Source: Candidatus Aldehydirespirator sp.
GTDB taxonomy: Bacteria; Actinomycetota; Acidimicrobiia; Acidimicrobiales; Aldehydirespiratoraceae
Length of the DNA stretch: 64,000 nt
Direction of reading: 5' to 3'
NCBI GenBank assembly: GCA_965220645.1
Contig: OZ244836.1
Span: 3,072,335-3,136,334, forward strand
The position numbers were made by a program, and so were the translations under genes. The notes under the pieces are model-generated. The model did no database searches. It was not told the origin of the DNA and saw only the letters and a program-made list of their open reading frames with translations. Within the stretch, counting starts at the first letter, position 1. Each line of letters opens with the position of its first letter. Positions 40,878-49,896 of the stretch are shown piece by piece.

Positions 40878-43325
40878 ATGAGCGACGCCATCGACCCCGC
40901 ACGCGGTGCGCCGCCGGCACCCAAGGGACTCACGGCCGCCGAGGTCGAGCAGCGCAGGCGCGAGGGCCGCACCAACGACGTGCCCGACGCCCCGGTCCGC
41001 ACCGTGGGCCAGATCGTGCGCAACAACGTGCTCACCCCGGTCAACGCCATCATCGGCTCGATGTTCGTGCTCATCATGGTGGCCGACTTCCCGGCCGACG
41101 CGCTGTTCGCCGGGGTGGTGGTGTCCAACAGCGTCATCGGCATCGCCCAGGAGCTGAAGGCCCGCCGCACGCTGCGCAAGCTGGCCGTGCTGTCGGCCCC
41201 CCGGGCCAGGGTGGTTCGCGACGCCCAGGCACTGGAGGTCGGCACCAGCGAGGTGGTGGCCGACGACATTCTGGAGCTGCGGCCCGGCGACCAGGTAGTG
41301 GTGGACGGTGAGGTGGTGGCGGCCCGCGGCCTCGAGATCGACGAATCGCTGCTCACCGGCGAGAGCGACCCGGTCGACAAGGCCCCCGGCGACGGCGTGA
41401 TGTCGGGGTCGTTCGTGAACGCCGGGGCCGGGTGGTACCGCGCCACTGCCATCGGCGCCGACTCCTACGCGGCCCGGCTGTCGGGGGAAGCCCGCCGGTT
41501 CAAGCTGGCCGGCAGCGAGCTCAGGGGCGGCGTCAACGTCGTCCTGCGCCGCTTGACGTGGATCATCCCGCTGGCCGCGGTGCTGCTGCTCGGGAGGCTG
41601 CTGGCCACCGAGGACCGCTGGCAGGAGGCGCTGCGGGGCACCGTCGCCGCCGCAGTGGCCATGGTGCCCGACGGGCTGGTGCTGCTGACCAGCCTGTCGT
41701 TCATCACCGGAGTGATCGCCCTGGCCCGGAGGCAGGCCCTGGCCCGCGAGCTCGCGTCGGTCGAGCTGCTGGCCAGAGTGGACACGCTGTGCCTCGACAA
41801 GACCGGGACGATCACAACCGGGGAGATCTCCTTCGAGCGGGTCGAGCCGCTGGGGTCGGTTACCGGCGCCGAGGCGACCGAGGCGCTGGCCTCGCTGGCG
41901 GCGGCCGACCCGGCTCCCAACGCCACCCTGGCCACCATCGTGGATGCGGTCGGTCGGCCGGCCGCCGGGTGGGAGCTCACCGGCATCGTGCCGTTCTCGT
42001 CGGCCCGCAAGTGGGCGGCGGCCAGTTTCGAGGGCCGGGGCACCTACCACCTGGGCGCGCCCGATGTGCTGCTGGGGACCGGCGACGCCAGCGACGCGGC
42101 CCGGTCCAAGGCTGCGGCCGCCTCCGCCGACGGCGAGCGGGTGCTGGTGGTGACCCGCTCCGGCACGGCGCAGCCGCCCGGCGACGCCCTTCCCGATGAC
42201 CGGGAGCCGCTGTGCCTGGTGCATCTCGGCGACACGCTGCGATCCGACGCACCCGAGATCTTCGCCTACTTCCGCGACCAGGGCGTCGACCTCAAGGTCA
42301 TATCCGGCGACCATCCCGCCACCGTGGCCGCGGTGGCCCACCGGGCCGGCATCACCCGCAACCCAGACGACCCCGGCGACCCCGGAGAACCCGGTGACGC
42401 CATGGCGTCGGGACGGCTGCACCCGCCCGCCCTCGACGCCCGCCGGCTTCCCACCGAGCCCGGCGCGCTGGCCGACATCCTGGAGTCCTCCACCGTGTTC
42501 GGGCGGGTCGACCCGCACCAGAAGCGGGCCATGGTCCACGCCCTCCAGTCCCGGGGTCGCACCGTGGCTATGACCGGCGACGGCGTCAACGACGTGCTCG
42601 CCCTCAAGGACGCAGACATGGGCATCGCCATGGGCACGGGATCGTCCGCGGCCCGCGCCGTGGCCCAGCTGGTGCTGCTGGACAACCGCTTCGCCACGTT
42701 GCCCCGGGTGCTGGCCGAGGGCCGCCGGGTGATCAACAACATCGAGCGGGTCGCCAACCTGTTCATCACCAAGGCGGCCTACGCGGTGCTGCTCACCGTG
42801 CTGATCGGCGTGGCCGGCTCGCCGTTCCCGTTCCTGCCCCGCCATCTGACCCTGATCGGCACATTCTCGGTGGGCGTGCCCGGCTTCTTCCTGGCCCTGG
42901 CCCCCAACCACCGCCTCGTCAAGCCCGGCTTCCTCAGCCGCGTTCTGCGCTTCTCGCTGCCTGCGGGCACGGTGGCCGCGGCGGTGACTTTCGCGCTCTA
43001 CGAGATCGTTCGCCGCCTCGACAATGTGAACCTCGATGAGGCCCGCACGGCGGCCACCATGACGCTGCTGGGCCTCGGCCTAGTGATCCTGCTGCTCATC
43101 AGCCGACCGCTGAGACCCTGGAAGGTGGGCCTCGCCGCCTCCATGGCCGCCTCCTACGGGGCGGCGATGGCCTTGCCGGCCCTGCGAGAGTTCTTCCAAC
43201 TCGACGCGCCGTCGCTGGGCGGGTGGCTGTGGGTGTTCGGCGCGGTCGTGGTCGGCGGCGTCGGGGCATGGCAGGCGGTCGATCTGAGGGAGAGGATCGC
43301 CGAGCGCCGCGGGGCCCTGACATGA
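40878..43325 (+). CDS. cation-translocating P-type ATPase
   Basis: TGESDPV, the phosphorylation site CLDKTGTITTGE, and MTGDGVNDVLALKDADMGIAMG are present. The protein has 815 aa and about 10 TM helices. Confidence 0.92.
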   Translation: MSDAIDPARGAPPAPKGLTAAEVEQRRREGRTNDVPDAPVRTVGQIVRNNVLTPVNAIIGSMFVLIMVADFPADALFAGVVVSNSVIGIAQELKARRTLRKLAVLSAPRARVVRDAQALEVGTSEVVADDILELRPGDQVVVDGEVVAARGLEIDESLLTGESDPVDKAPGDGVMSGSFVNAGAGWYRATAIGADSYAARLSGEARRFKLAGSELRGGVNVVLRRLTWIIPLAAVLLLGRLLATEDRWQEALRGTVAAAVAMVPDGLVLLTSLSFITGVIALARRQALARELASVELLARVDTLCLDKTGTITTGEISFERVEPLGSVTGAEATEALASLAAADPAPNATLATIVDAVGRPAAGWELTGIVPFSSARKWAAASFEGRGTYHLGAPDVLLGTGDASDAARSKAAAASADGERVLVVTRSGTAQPPGDALPDDREPLCLVHLGDTLRSDAPEIFAYFRDQGVDLKVISGDHPATVAAVAHRAGITRNPDDPGDPGEPGDAMASGRLHPPALDARRLPTEPGALADILESSTVFGRVDPHQKRAMVHALQSRGRTVAMTGDGVNDVLALKDADMGIAMGTGSSAARAVAQLVLLDNRFATLPRVLAEGRRVINNIERVANLFITKAAYAVLLTVLIGVAGSPFPFLPRHLTLIGTFSVGVPGFFLALAPNHRLVKPGFLSRVLRFSLPAGTVAAAVTFALYEIVRRLDNVNLDEARTAATMTLLGLGLVILLLISRPLRPWKVGLAASMAASYGAAMALPALREFFQLDAPSLGGWLWVFGAVVVGGVGAWQAVDLRERIAERRGALT

Positions 43326-43403
43326 GCCGCGATGTCGCCGAGCGCCGCGGGGCCCTGACATGAGCCGCGATGTCGCCGAGCGCCGCGTCGGGGCAGCGAC
43401 ATG
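43300..43403 (+). repeat. 38/41-bp tandem repeat spanning the P-type ATPase stop / SDR-like start junction
   Basis: ATGAGCCGCGATGT recurs with ATGs at 43322, 43360 and 43401. The first two open MSRDVAERRGALT and MSRDVAERRVGAAT, and each ends in a TGA that overlaps the next ATG. Confidence 0.9.
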
Positions 43404-44066
43404 AGCCGCGATGTTCTGGTCGTCGGCGGGGGCGACCCCGGGGCCGCGCTGGCTGCTGAGCTGTCGGGCGACGTGCTGGTGGTCGATCCGGAGCCCGGCG
43501 ACATCGACGACGGCTTCGTGGACCGCCTGGCCCGCACCGACGGCTCTGCGGTCGACGGCCTCGACCTAGTGGTGCACGCCCTGTACCCGGCCGCGAGCCG
43601 AACCCCGGCCCGCATCGAGGAGATGAGCACCGACGACTGGGCCGCGGCCTGCGACGATCCGCTGGAGGCGGCCATCCGCCTGGCCCGGGGCGCGCACCGT
43701 CATCTGGCCGCCCGGCACGGAACGATCGTGTTCTGCGTGCCGCTGATCGGCGCGGCCGGCGCGGCGAGCCTCGTGGCTCTGGCCGGGCTGGCCGAGGGGC
43801 TGCGGATCCTGGCCCGGTCACTGGCCCGGGGCTGGGGCGCCGACGGGATCCGGGCCCACGCGGTGACCCTGCACCCTTCGATGTTCCTTGCGCCCGAGCA
43901 CGCAGCCGCGGCCGCCGAGTCCACCGCCCTGCACGACCCCGCGCTGGGCCGCCTGCCGTCGACGGCCGAGATCGCCGCCGTGATCGACGCCCTGGCCGAC
44001 ACCAAGGCCGCTGGCCTCACCGGCGCGTCGCTGGTGATGGACGGCGGCACCTGGATGGCCGGATGA
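43401..44066 (+). CDS. SDR-like (atypical short-chain dehydrogenase) protein
   Basis: A Rossmann-like N-terminus (VLVVGGGDPG) and a C-terminal GASLVMDGG are present. The catalytic motifs are degenerate. Confidence 0.7.
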   Translation: MSRDVLVVGGGDPGAALAAELSGDVLVVDPEPGDIDDGFVDRLARTDGSAVDGLDLVVHALYPAASRTPARIEEMSTDDWAAACDDPLEAAIRLARGAHRHLAARHGTIVFCVPLIGAAGAASLVALAGLAEGLRILARSLARGWGADGIRAHAVTLHPSMFLAPEHAAAAAESTALHDPALGRLPSTAEIAAVIDALADTKAAGLTGASLVMDGGTWMAG

Positions 44067-44857
44067 CCACCGATCCGATGACCGGGGCGCCGGGCGGGCA
44101 GGTGCTGGAGAGTCAGGTCGCGGTGGTGACCGGGGCCGGGCAGGGCGTCGGGGCCGGGATCGCGACGGCGCTGGCCGCCGCGGGAGCCGCGGTCGTGATC
44201 GCCACCCGCCGAGCCGCCAACGGCGAGCCCGCCGCCGAGTCGATCCGGGCCGCCGGCAATGAGGCCGTCTTCGTTCGCTGCGATGTCACCGAGGCCGGCG
44301 ACGTGGCGGCCACGGTGGCCGAAGCGGTGGAGCGCTTCGGCGGGCTGGACATCGTGGTTCACAACGCGGTTGCTCACGCGGGGCGGCCCGGAGGGGTGCA
44401 TCTCACCGGCAGCCACCGGATCCGGCCTCAGATCGCCACCGCCACCACCGCGAGCTTCCTCTGCGCCCGGGCGTCGCTGCCTCACCTCCGCCGGAGGCCG
44501 GGCACCTTGATCCTGCTCACGTCGCCCGCAGGAGTGGAGGGATCGGCCAACCTACCCGTCTACGCCACGGTGAAGGCCACCCAGCGCGGGATCGTCAAGA
44601 GCCTGGCCCGGGAGTGGGGTCCGCACGGCGTGCGGGTCAACGCCATCGCCCCGGTGGCCCGCACCCCGGCCATGGAGGCGGCCGTGGCCGCCAATCCCGA
44701 CCTGGAGACCCGCCTGGTCGCCCGCACACCGCTGGGCCGCCTGGGCGACCCCACCGCCGACATCGGCCCGGTTGCGGTGTTCCTGGCCTCCGAAGGCGCC
44801 CGCTACATCACCGGCCAGACCATCGTCGCCGACGGTGGAGGCTTCCTGGGTCTGTAG
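44063..44857 (+). CDS. SDR family oxidoreductase
   Basis: VTGAGQGVG, HNAV and YATVKAT are present. The ATG overlaps the upstream stop (ATGA). Confidence 0.88.
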   Translation: MTTDPMTGAPGGQVLESQVAVVTGAGQGVGAGIATALAAAGAAVVIATRRAANGEPAAESIRAAGNEAVFVRCDVTEAGDVAATVAEAVERFGGLDIVVHNAVAHAGRPGGVHLTGSHRIRPQIATATTASFLCARASLPHLRRRPGTLILLTSPAGVEGSANLPVYATVKATQRGIVKSLAREWGPHGVRVNAIAPVARTPAMEAAVAANPDLETRLVARTPLGRLGDPTADIGPVAVFLASEGARYITGQTIVADGGGFLGL

Positions 44858-45042
44858 ACGGCCCCGGACGCGTCTGGCACGGCCGGGTTCCCGCTCTTGT
44901 TCGCTGCGCTCACGGGCCGCTCGGGCCGTGACTCCCGCTCCTGTTCTCTACGCTCACGGGCCGCTCGGGCCCGGGGCCTCGCTCGGAATCTCGCGTACTT
45001 GCTCACGGACTTCTGCCTGTCCGCTCGGCCTCTGGGTGCTAG
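44852..45042. mobile_element. MITE-like dispersed repeat, copy C (two tandem cores)
   Basis: The cores start at about 44889 and 44932. The TIR-like CTGTAGACGGCCCCGGA contains the SDR stop (44855-44857). The terminal CCGCTCGGCCTCTGGGTGCTAG lies at 45021-45042. Confidence 0.7.
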
Positions 45043-45052
45043 ACCGGGTGCC

Positions 45053-45925
45053 GTGGGTGAGGTCCATCTGCTAGTAAGCCCCCGAGGCGGCAGGGGACGG
45101 GCCGCGGCCGCCGCCCCGATCGTCCGCCGGGTGATCGAGCAGTCCGGCCACAAGCCGGTTGACATCAGCGGGGGCTCCGCCGAGGAGTCGGCCACCGCGG
45201 CCCGGGCCGCGGTGGCGGCGGGTGCAGAGCGGGTGATCGCGGTGGGTGGTGATGGCACCGTGCACCTCGCCGTTCAGGGCGTGGCCGGCACCGACACCGC
45301 CCTAGGAATAGTGCCCGCAGGCACCGGGAACGACTTCGCCCGAGCCTTCGGACTGCACGGCCGCAGCGTCGAGGGGGCCACAGCCACCGCATTGGGACCG
45401 ACCCGGCCGGTGGACGCCATCGGCACCGACCGGCCGAGGTGGGTGACGTTCAGCGTGACCGGCGGCTTCAGCGTGGATGTCAATGTGCGGGCCGATCGGC
45501 TTCAGTTCCCCAAAGGGCCGAGCCGCTACACGGTGGCAACCCTGCTCACCATGCCGGGGCTGCGCCACCGCGAGCTGGCCGTCACCGTCGACGGGCAGCG
45601 AACCGAGTGGCGTAGCGCCCTGTTCGCAGTGAACAACACACCGACCTTCGGAGGCGGCATGGCCATCTGCCCCGACGCCAAACCCGACGACGGGATGCTG
45701 GACGTGTGCGTAGTGGGCCCGGCCAGCCGGACCACCATGCTGCGCCTGCTCCCGAAGGTGTTCGAGGGCAACCACGTCGGCCATCGCCATGTTCACCTGC
45801 TGCGGGGGCGCACAGTGACTATCGAGGGTGAGCCCATGGACCTCGTCGGCGACGGCGAGGAACTCGGCACCGTACCGATCACGCTGGAGGCCGTGCCCGG
45901 TGCGCTGCGGCTCGCCGCCGGCTAA
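45053..45925 (+). CDS. diacylglycerol/lipid kinase family protein
   Basis: VIAVGGDGTVH and GIVPAGTGNDFAR motifs are present. The GTG at 45053 is chosen because the upstream part of ORF 44897.. is repeat sequence. Confidence 0.82.
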   Translation: MGEVHLLVSPRGGRGRAAAAAPIVRRVIEQSGHKPVDISGGSAEESATAARAAVAAGAERVIAVGGDGTVHLAVQGVAGTDTALGIVPAGTGNDFARAFGLHGRSVEGATATALGPTRPVDAIGTDRPRWVTFSVTGGFSVDVNVRADRLQFPKGPSRYTVATLLTMPGLRHRELAVTVDGQRTEWRSALFAVNNTPTFGGGMAICPDAKPDDGMLDVCVVGPASRTTMLRLLPKVFEGNHVGHRHVHLLRGRTVTIEGEPMDLVGDGEELGTVPITLEAVPGALRLAAG

Positions 45926-46063
45926 GAGGCCGAGCGGATAGGGAGCGAACTCGGTCCATACGGGCGAGGCCGTGGCCCGAGCGGCCCGTGAGCGCAGCGA
46001 ACAAGAGCGGGAGTGACACCGCTGCGACGCGACGGGCTGTCGCCTATCCGCGCAGCCTCTAAG
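45922..46063. mobile_element. MITE-like dispersed repeat, copy D (most complete, 142 bp, with terminal inverted repeats)
   Basis: The left end is CTAAGAGGCCGAGCGGATAGG (45922-45942). The right end CCTATCCGCGCAGCCTCTAAG (46043-46063) is its inverted repeat at 18 of 21 positions. The TAA of the lipid kinase and the TAG of the minus-strand phosphatase both lie inside the TIRs. Confidence 0.8.
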
Positions 46064-46877
46064 CCACGGGAGCGAGGACTTCGAGCAGTTCGTCCGCGAA
46101 GTCGGGACGGCAGATGACCAGCCCGGGCGTGCGCGGGCGCGGGTTGTTGAACCGCAGCGGCGAGCCGTCGGCGCACGAGGCGTGCAGACCGGCGGCCAGG
46201 GCCACCGCGGCAGGGGCGCACGTGTCCCACTCGGAGAGCCCGCCGGCGTGCACATAGGCGTCCATCTCGCCGCGCACTACCGCCATTGCCTTGACTCCGG
46301 CAGAGCCCATGGCCACCACCTCGGCGTCCAGCCTCTCCGCCAGCATGCGGCCGTCGCTATAGCCCCGCGACCGAGCCACCACCACCCTGCGGCGCCCGAC
46401 GCGGCACATGGTGGGCTCCGACGGCGGATCGGTGGCGAAGGTAGTGCCCCAGGCGGGTACCGCCACCGCAGCGGCGGTCGCTACGCCTCGCTCGCATAGC
46501 GCCACATGCACCGACCATGCCCCGGTCACGCCGAAGTCGTAGGAGCCGTCGATCGGGTCGACGATCCAGACCCTCTCGGCGTCGAGCCTTCGCCGGTCGT
46601 CGCGGCCCTCCTCCGACAGCACCGGGTCGCCGGGGCGGTGGCGGCTCAGCTCCTGCGTCAGGAACTCGTGGGCCTGACGGTCGCCCGCCTCCTCCAATCC
46701 CCACCCCTGCGGTGCCGACGGGTCGCTCAGCAGGCCGAGCAGCCGCTGACCGCAGTCGTGGGCCAGCCGAGCCGCCAGGGCGTGATCGCAGTCGTGGGCC
46801 AGCCGAGCCGCCAGGGCGTGATCGCAGTCGTGGGCCAGCCGAGCCGCCAAGGCGTGATCGCCTCCGTCGTCCGTCAC
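46059..46877 (-). CDS. inositol monophosphatase / CysQ-like 3'(2'),5'-bisphosphate nucleotidase family protein
   Basis: LSEEG, WIVDPIDGSYDF and WDTCA motifs are present. The GTG at 46877 overlaps the upstream stop (GTGA). The N-terminus carries 3 copies of DHALAARLAHDC. Confidence 0.85.
   Translation of the reverse strand: MTDDGGDHALAARLAHDCDHALAARLAHDCDHALAARLAHDCGQRLLGLLSDPSAPQGWGLEEAGDRQAHEFLTQELSRHRPGDPVLSEEGRDDRRRLDAERVWIVDPIDGSYDFGVTGAWSVHVALCERGVATAAAVAVPAWGTTFATDPPSEPTMCRVGRRRVVVARSRGYSDGRMLAERLDAEVVAMGSAGVKAMAVVRGEMDAYVHAGGLSEWDTCAPAAVALAAGLHASCADGSPLRFNNPRPRTPGLVICRPDFADELLEVLAPVA
46751..46858 (-). repeat. in-frame 36-bp tandem repeat x3 inside the CysQ-like gene
   Basis: CGCAGTCGTGGGCCAGCCGAGCCGCCAGGGCGTGAT occurs at 46751, 46787 and 46823. 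It encodes DHALAARLAHDC three times. Confidence 0.9.
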
Positions 46878-47512
46878 TCGTCTGGAGGACGGCGGTGCAC
46901 GGTCACCGCGTAGCTGCCGCCATCGAAGGGCTCGCGGTCCCAGGTGGTCCAGCGATGCTCCATCTCCAGGCCGGCGTCGGCCGCGTACCGGTCGTAGTGG
47001 GCGAAGGTCAGCGGGCTCAATCCCAGGCGGAAGCCGGTCACGAGCCGGCCGCCGGGGCTCAGGTGCCGGGCCATGTTGGCCACGATCGCCGCCTCGGTGC
47101 CGACCTCCACGAACACGATCACGTTGCCCGCCATCACGATCAGGTCGAACTCTCGCCTCGCCGACGCCCCCGGCTCCGGGCCACCGATCTCCACGTCCAC
47201 CAAGTCGCCCAGGACCCACTGGAGGTGCGGGGCCTTGCTGCGGGCCTCGTCGAGCATGCATGTGTCGATGTCCACGCCGACGACGTCGAGGCCGCGACGG
47301 TCGAGCTCCATGGCGACCCGGCCGGTGCCGCAGCCGGCGTCCAGCACCAAGCCCGGCTCGAACCAGCACACCAGGTCGGTCTCCCCGTGGACCCACTCGC
47401 CCCGGGCCTCCATCCGCCGCCAGCGGTCATCGTAGACGTCGCTCTGCGACGCCCCGCCGATCTCCCACCAACGGCTCACCTCGCTGACCCTAACCGGGCC
47501 CGTACCCGGCAA
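46874..47512 (-). CDS. class I SAM-dependent methyltransferase
   Basis: VLDAGCGTGRVAMEL is motif I and DLIVMAGNV follows it. The start is uncertain: TTG at 47512 or GTG at 47479. Confidence 0.82.
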   Translation of the reverse strand: MPGTGPVRVSEVSRWWEIGGASQSDVYDDRWRRMEARGEWVHGETDLVCWFEPGLVLDAGCGTGRVAMELDRRGLDVVGVDIDTCMLDEARSKAPHLQWVLGDLVDVEIGGPEPGASARREFDLIVMAGNVIVFVEVGTEAAIVANMARHLSPGGRLVTGFRLGLSPLTFAHYDRYAADAGLEMEHRWTTWDREPFDGGSYAVTVHRRPPDE

Positions 47513-47577
47513 CGTCGCGGTCCGTTAGCCTCAGCACCGACAGCCGCTACTGCCTGCCATCCACCCAGGGAGGGTTC

Positions 47578-48792
47578 ATGGAGTTCGGGATATTCCAGAA
47601 CGGCTACATACCGGGCCCCTCTGCGCACGTCTGTGAGCACGAGCACCTCATGCTGATGCGGGAGGCGTCGTACCCCATCCTGGCCGACAAGCACAACTGG
47701 AAGTTCGCCTGGTTCGGGGAGCACCACTGCCTCACCGAGTACAGCCACATGTCGTCGCCCGAGGTGATGATCGGCTGGATCGCGGCCCAGACCGACTACA
47801 TCCACCTGGGCACGGCCATCACCAGCCTGCCCGCCACCAAGGAGCACCCGGTTCGCATTGCGGAGCGGGCCGCCATGCTCGACCACTTCTGCGAGGGCCG
47901 ATTCGAGTTCGGCACCGGCCGGGGCGCAGGCAGCCACGAGGTCGCCACATTCAACGGCACCCTCACCTCCGAGACCAAGGCCATGTGGAACGAGGTGATC
48001 GCCGAGATCCCCCGCATGTGGGCCCAGCGCGACTACTCCTACGAGGGCGAGCACTTCAGGGTGCCGCCCAACCACAACGTCCTCCCCAAGCCACTCAACG
48101 GCACCCATCCGCCGCTGTGGGTGGCCTGCGGCAACCCGGCCACGTTCGCCACCGCCGGCAGCATGGGCATCGGGGCGATCGCCTTCAACTTCGAGCCGGC
48201 GCCCGCGCTCAAGGGCCGCATCGACAGCTACAAGGAGGCCGTCGCGGAGTGCTCGGAGCCCCACGGCTCCTACATGAACGACAACGTGATGATGACCAAC
48301 GCCGTGATCTGCCTGGAGGACCGCGACCGGGCCCGCGAGATCGCCCTGATGCACGGCCGGGGCTACCTGTACTCGATGGTGTGCCTCTACCACGACACCA
48401 TCCCCAAGCGGGAGGGCGCCCCCACCTGGCCCGAGCCGCCCACCGGCCTGCCCGACGAGGCCACCCTCGACTTCGCCATCGACGCCGGCTACATGCTGTG
48501 CGGCACGCCCGAGGAGGTCTGCGAGCAGCTGGAGAAGTCGTACGTGGCCGTGGGCACCGACCAGCTGGTGTTCGGCCTGCCCAACGAGGGCTTCGAGTAC
48601 GACGAGATCCTCGAGATGATCGAGATCTTCGGCGACCAGGTGATCCCCGAGTTCGACAAGGACCGCGTCCACTCCACTGAGAAGTACCGGGCCAACGCGG
48701 TGCGCAAGTACCCGGAGTGGAACACGCCGCCGCCGGACATCAAGACGACGCCGCCTCCCAGCGCGTCGATGCCGATCCCCTACCGGCACTGA
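47578..48792 (+). CDS. LLM-class flavin-dependent oxidoreductase (luciferase-like monooxygenase)
   Basis: MEFGIFQNGY...FAWFGEHH...GTAITSL is the pattern of luciferase-like monooxygenases. Confidence 0.88.
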   Translation: MEFGIFQNGYIPGPSAHVCEHEHLMLMREASYPILADKHNWKFAWFGEHHCLTEYSHMSSPEVMIGWIAAQTDYIHLGTAITSLPATKEHPVRIAERAAMLDHFCEGRFEFGTGRGAGSHEVATFNGTLTSETKAMWNEVIAEIPRMWAQRDYSYEGEHFRVPPNHNVLPKPLNGTHPPLWVACGNPATFATAGSMGIGAIAFNFEPAPALKGRIDSYKEAVAECSEPHGSYMNDNVMMTNAVICLEDRDRAREIALMHGRGYLYSMVCLYHDTIPKREGAPTWPEPPTGLPDEATLDFAIDAGYMLCGTPEEVCEQLEKSYVAVGTDQLVFGLPNEGFEYDEILEMIEIFGDQVIPEFDKDRVHSTEKYRANAVRKYPEWNTPPPDIKTTPPPSASMPIPYRH

Positions 48793-48806
48793 CGTCCAGA
48801 GGCTTC

Positions 48807-48843
48807 ATCGCGTTTTCTTGGCGATATAGCAACAAAGCGCGAT
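48807..48843. terminator. imperfect hairpin between convergent genes
   Basis: ATCGCGTTTTCTTGGC, then the loop GATATA, then GCAACAAAGCGCGAT. It is AT-rich relative to its surroundings. Confidence 0.45.
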
Positions 48844-48866
48844 ATACACCCCGGCCGGGTGGCGGC

Positions 48867-49880
48867 TCAGCCTCTGACGAGTTCCACGGCTTGGCGGCAC
48901 TCCTGCTCGGAACGGGCGGCCACGTTGAGCATGGTGACCGGCGACTCCTCCCAGGCCGCCAGCCGCTCCCGGATGCGCTCGGCCGGACCGACCAGCGAGA
49001 TCTCGTCGGCGAACTCAGCGGGCACGGCCGCGATGGCCTCGTCCCGCCGTCCCTCGAGGAACAGCCGCTGAACCCGGTAGGCGGCCTCCTCGTATCCCAT
49101 CCGGGCCATGAGCTTGGTGTGGTAGTTCTGGCCCTCGGCCCCCATGCCGCCGATGTAGAAGCCCAGGCTGGCCCGCACCGGCCAGAGGGCATCGGTGATT
49201 CCGTCGAGGTCGCAGACCTTCAGCGTGGTGTGCACCGCGATCTCGAAGCCCTCCGGGGCGGCGGCGAGCTGGGAGGCGTACACGTCGGGGCGCATCGGCG
49301 AGTAGTACAGCGGCAGCCAACCGTCGGCGATCTCGGCGGTCTGGGCCACGTTGCGAGGCCCCTCCGCGCCGATCCAGATGGGGATGGGCCGCAGCGGGTG
49401 GGTCATGATCTTCAACGGCTTGCCGAGGCCTTCCGCGCCCTCGCCGGCGTAGGGGTGCTGGAAATGCTCGCCATCGAAGGAGAGTGGGCCGCGGCGCTCG
49501 AAGACCTGCCGCAGGATCTCGACGTACTCGCGGGTGCGGGCCAGCGGCCGCTGCGAGGGCCGGCCGTACCAGCCCTCGACCACTTGGGGCCCGGAGACGC
49601 CCAGGCCGAGGATCGCCCGCCCGCCGGAGATGTGGTCGAGGGTGACGGCGTGCATGGCTGTGGCCGTGGGGGTGCGGGCTGCGAGTTGGGCGACGCCGGT
49701 GCCGAGGCGGATCCGCTCGGTGGCCGCCGCAATGAGCACGAGAGGCGAGAAGGCGTCGGAGCCCCAGGATTCGCCGGTCCAGGCCGCGTCGAACCCGGCT
49801 CGCTCGGCCGCGGCGGCCAACTCCACCAGGCCGTCGGGCATTCCCCGGGCCCAGTAACCCAGCGTGAGCCCCAACTGCAC
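48867..49880 (-). CDS. LLM-class F420-dependent oxidoreductase
   Basis: MQLGLTLGYW...ESWGSDAF...LGLGVSGPQVVEGWYG is typical of the Rv3520c-like F420-dependent LLM family. The start codon is GTG. Confidence 0.85.
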   Translation of the reverse strand: MQLGLTLGYWARGMPDGLVELAAAAERAGFDAAWTGESWGSDAFSPLVLIAAATERIRLGTGVAQLAARTPTATAMHAVTLDHISGGRAILGLGVSGPQVVEGWYGRPSQRPLARTREYVEILRQVFERRGPLSFDGEHFQHPYAGEGAEGLGKPLKIMTHPLRPIPIWIGAEGPRNVAQTAEIADGWLPLYYSPMRPDVYASQLAAAPEGFEIAVHTTLKVCDLDGITDALWPVRASLGFYIGGMGAEGQNYHTKLMARMGYEEAAYRVQRLFLEGRRDEAIAAVPAEFADEISLVGPAERIRERLAAWEESPVTMLNVAARSEQECRQAVELVRG

Positions 49881-49896
49881 GCCGGCACGCTAACGC

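Noticed and set aside
40788-42911. Very long antisense ORFs. Examples are 40788..42911(-) 707 aa, 53403..55337(+) 644 aa, 26096..27808(+), 47476..48789(-), 58162..59664(-), 60436..62238(+), 1956..3263(+) and 70..1011(+).
   Set aside because: Each lies opposite a gene with unmistakable family motifs (P-type ATPase, LeuA, PurB-like lyase, LLM, crotonase/ABC). Their translations are Arg/Gly/Pro/His/Asp-rich with no recognisable motif. This is the usual open-antisense-frame artefact of roughly 70 % G+C DNA.
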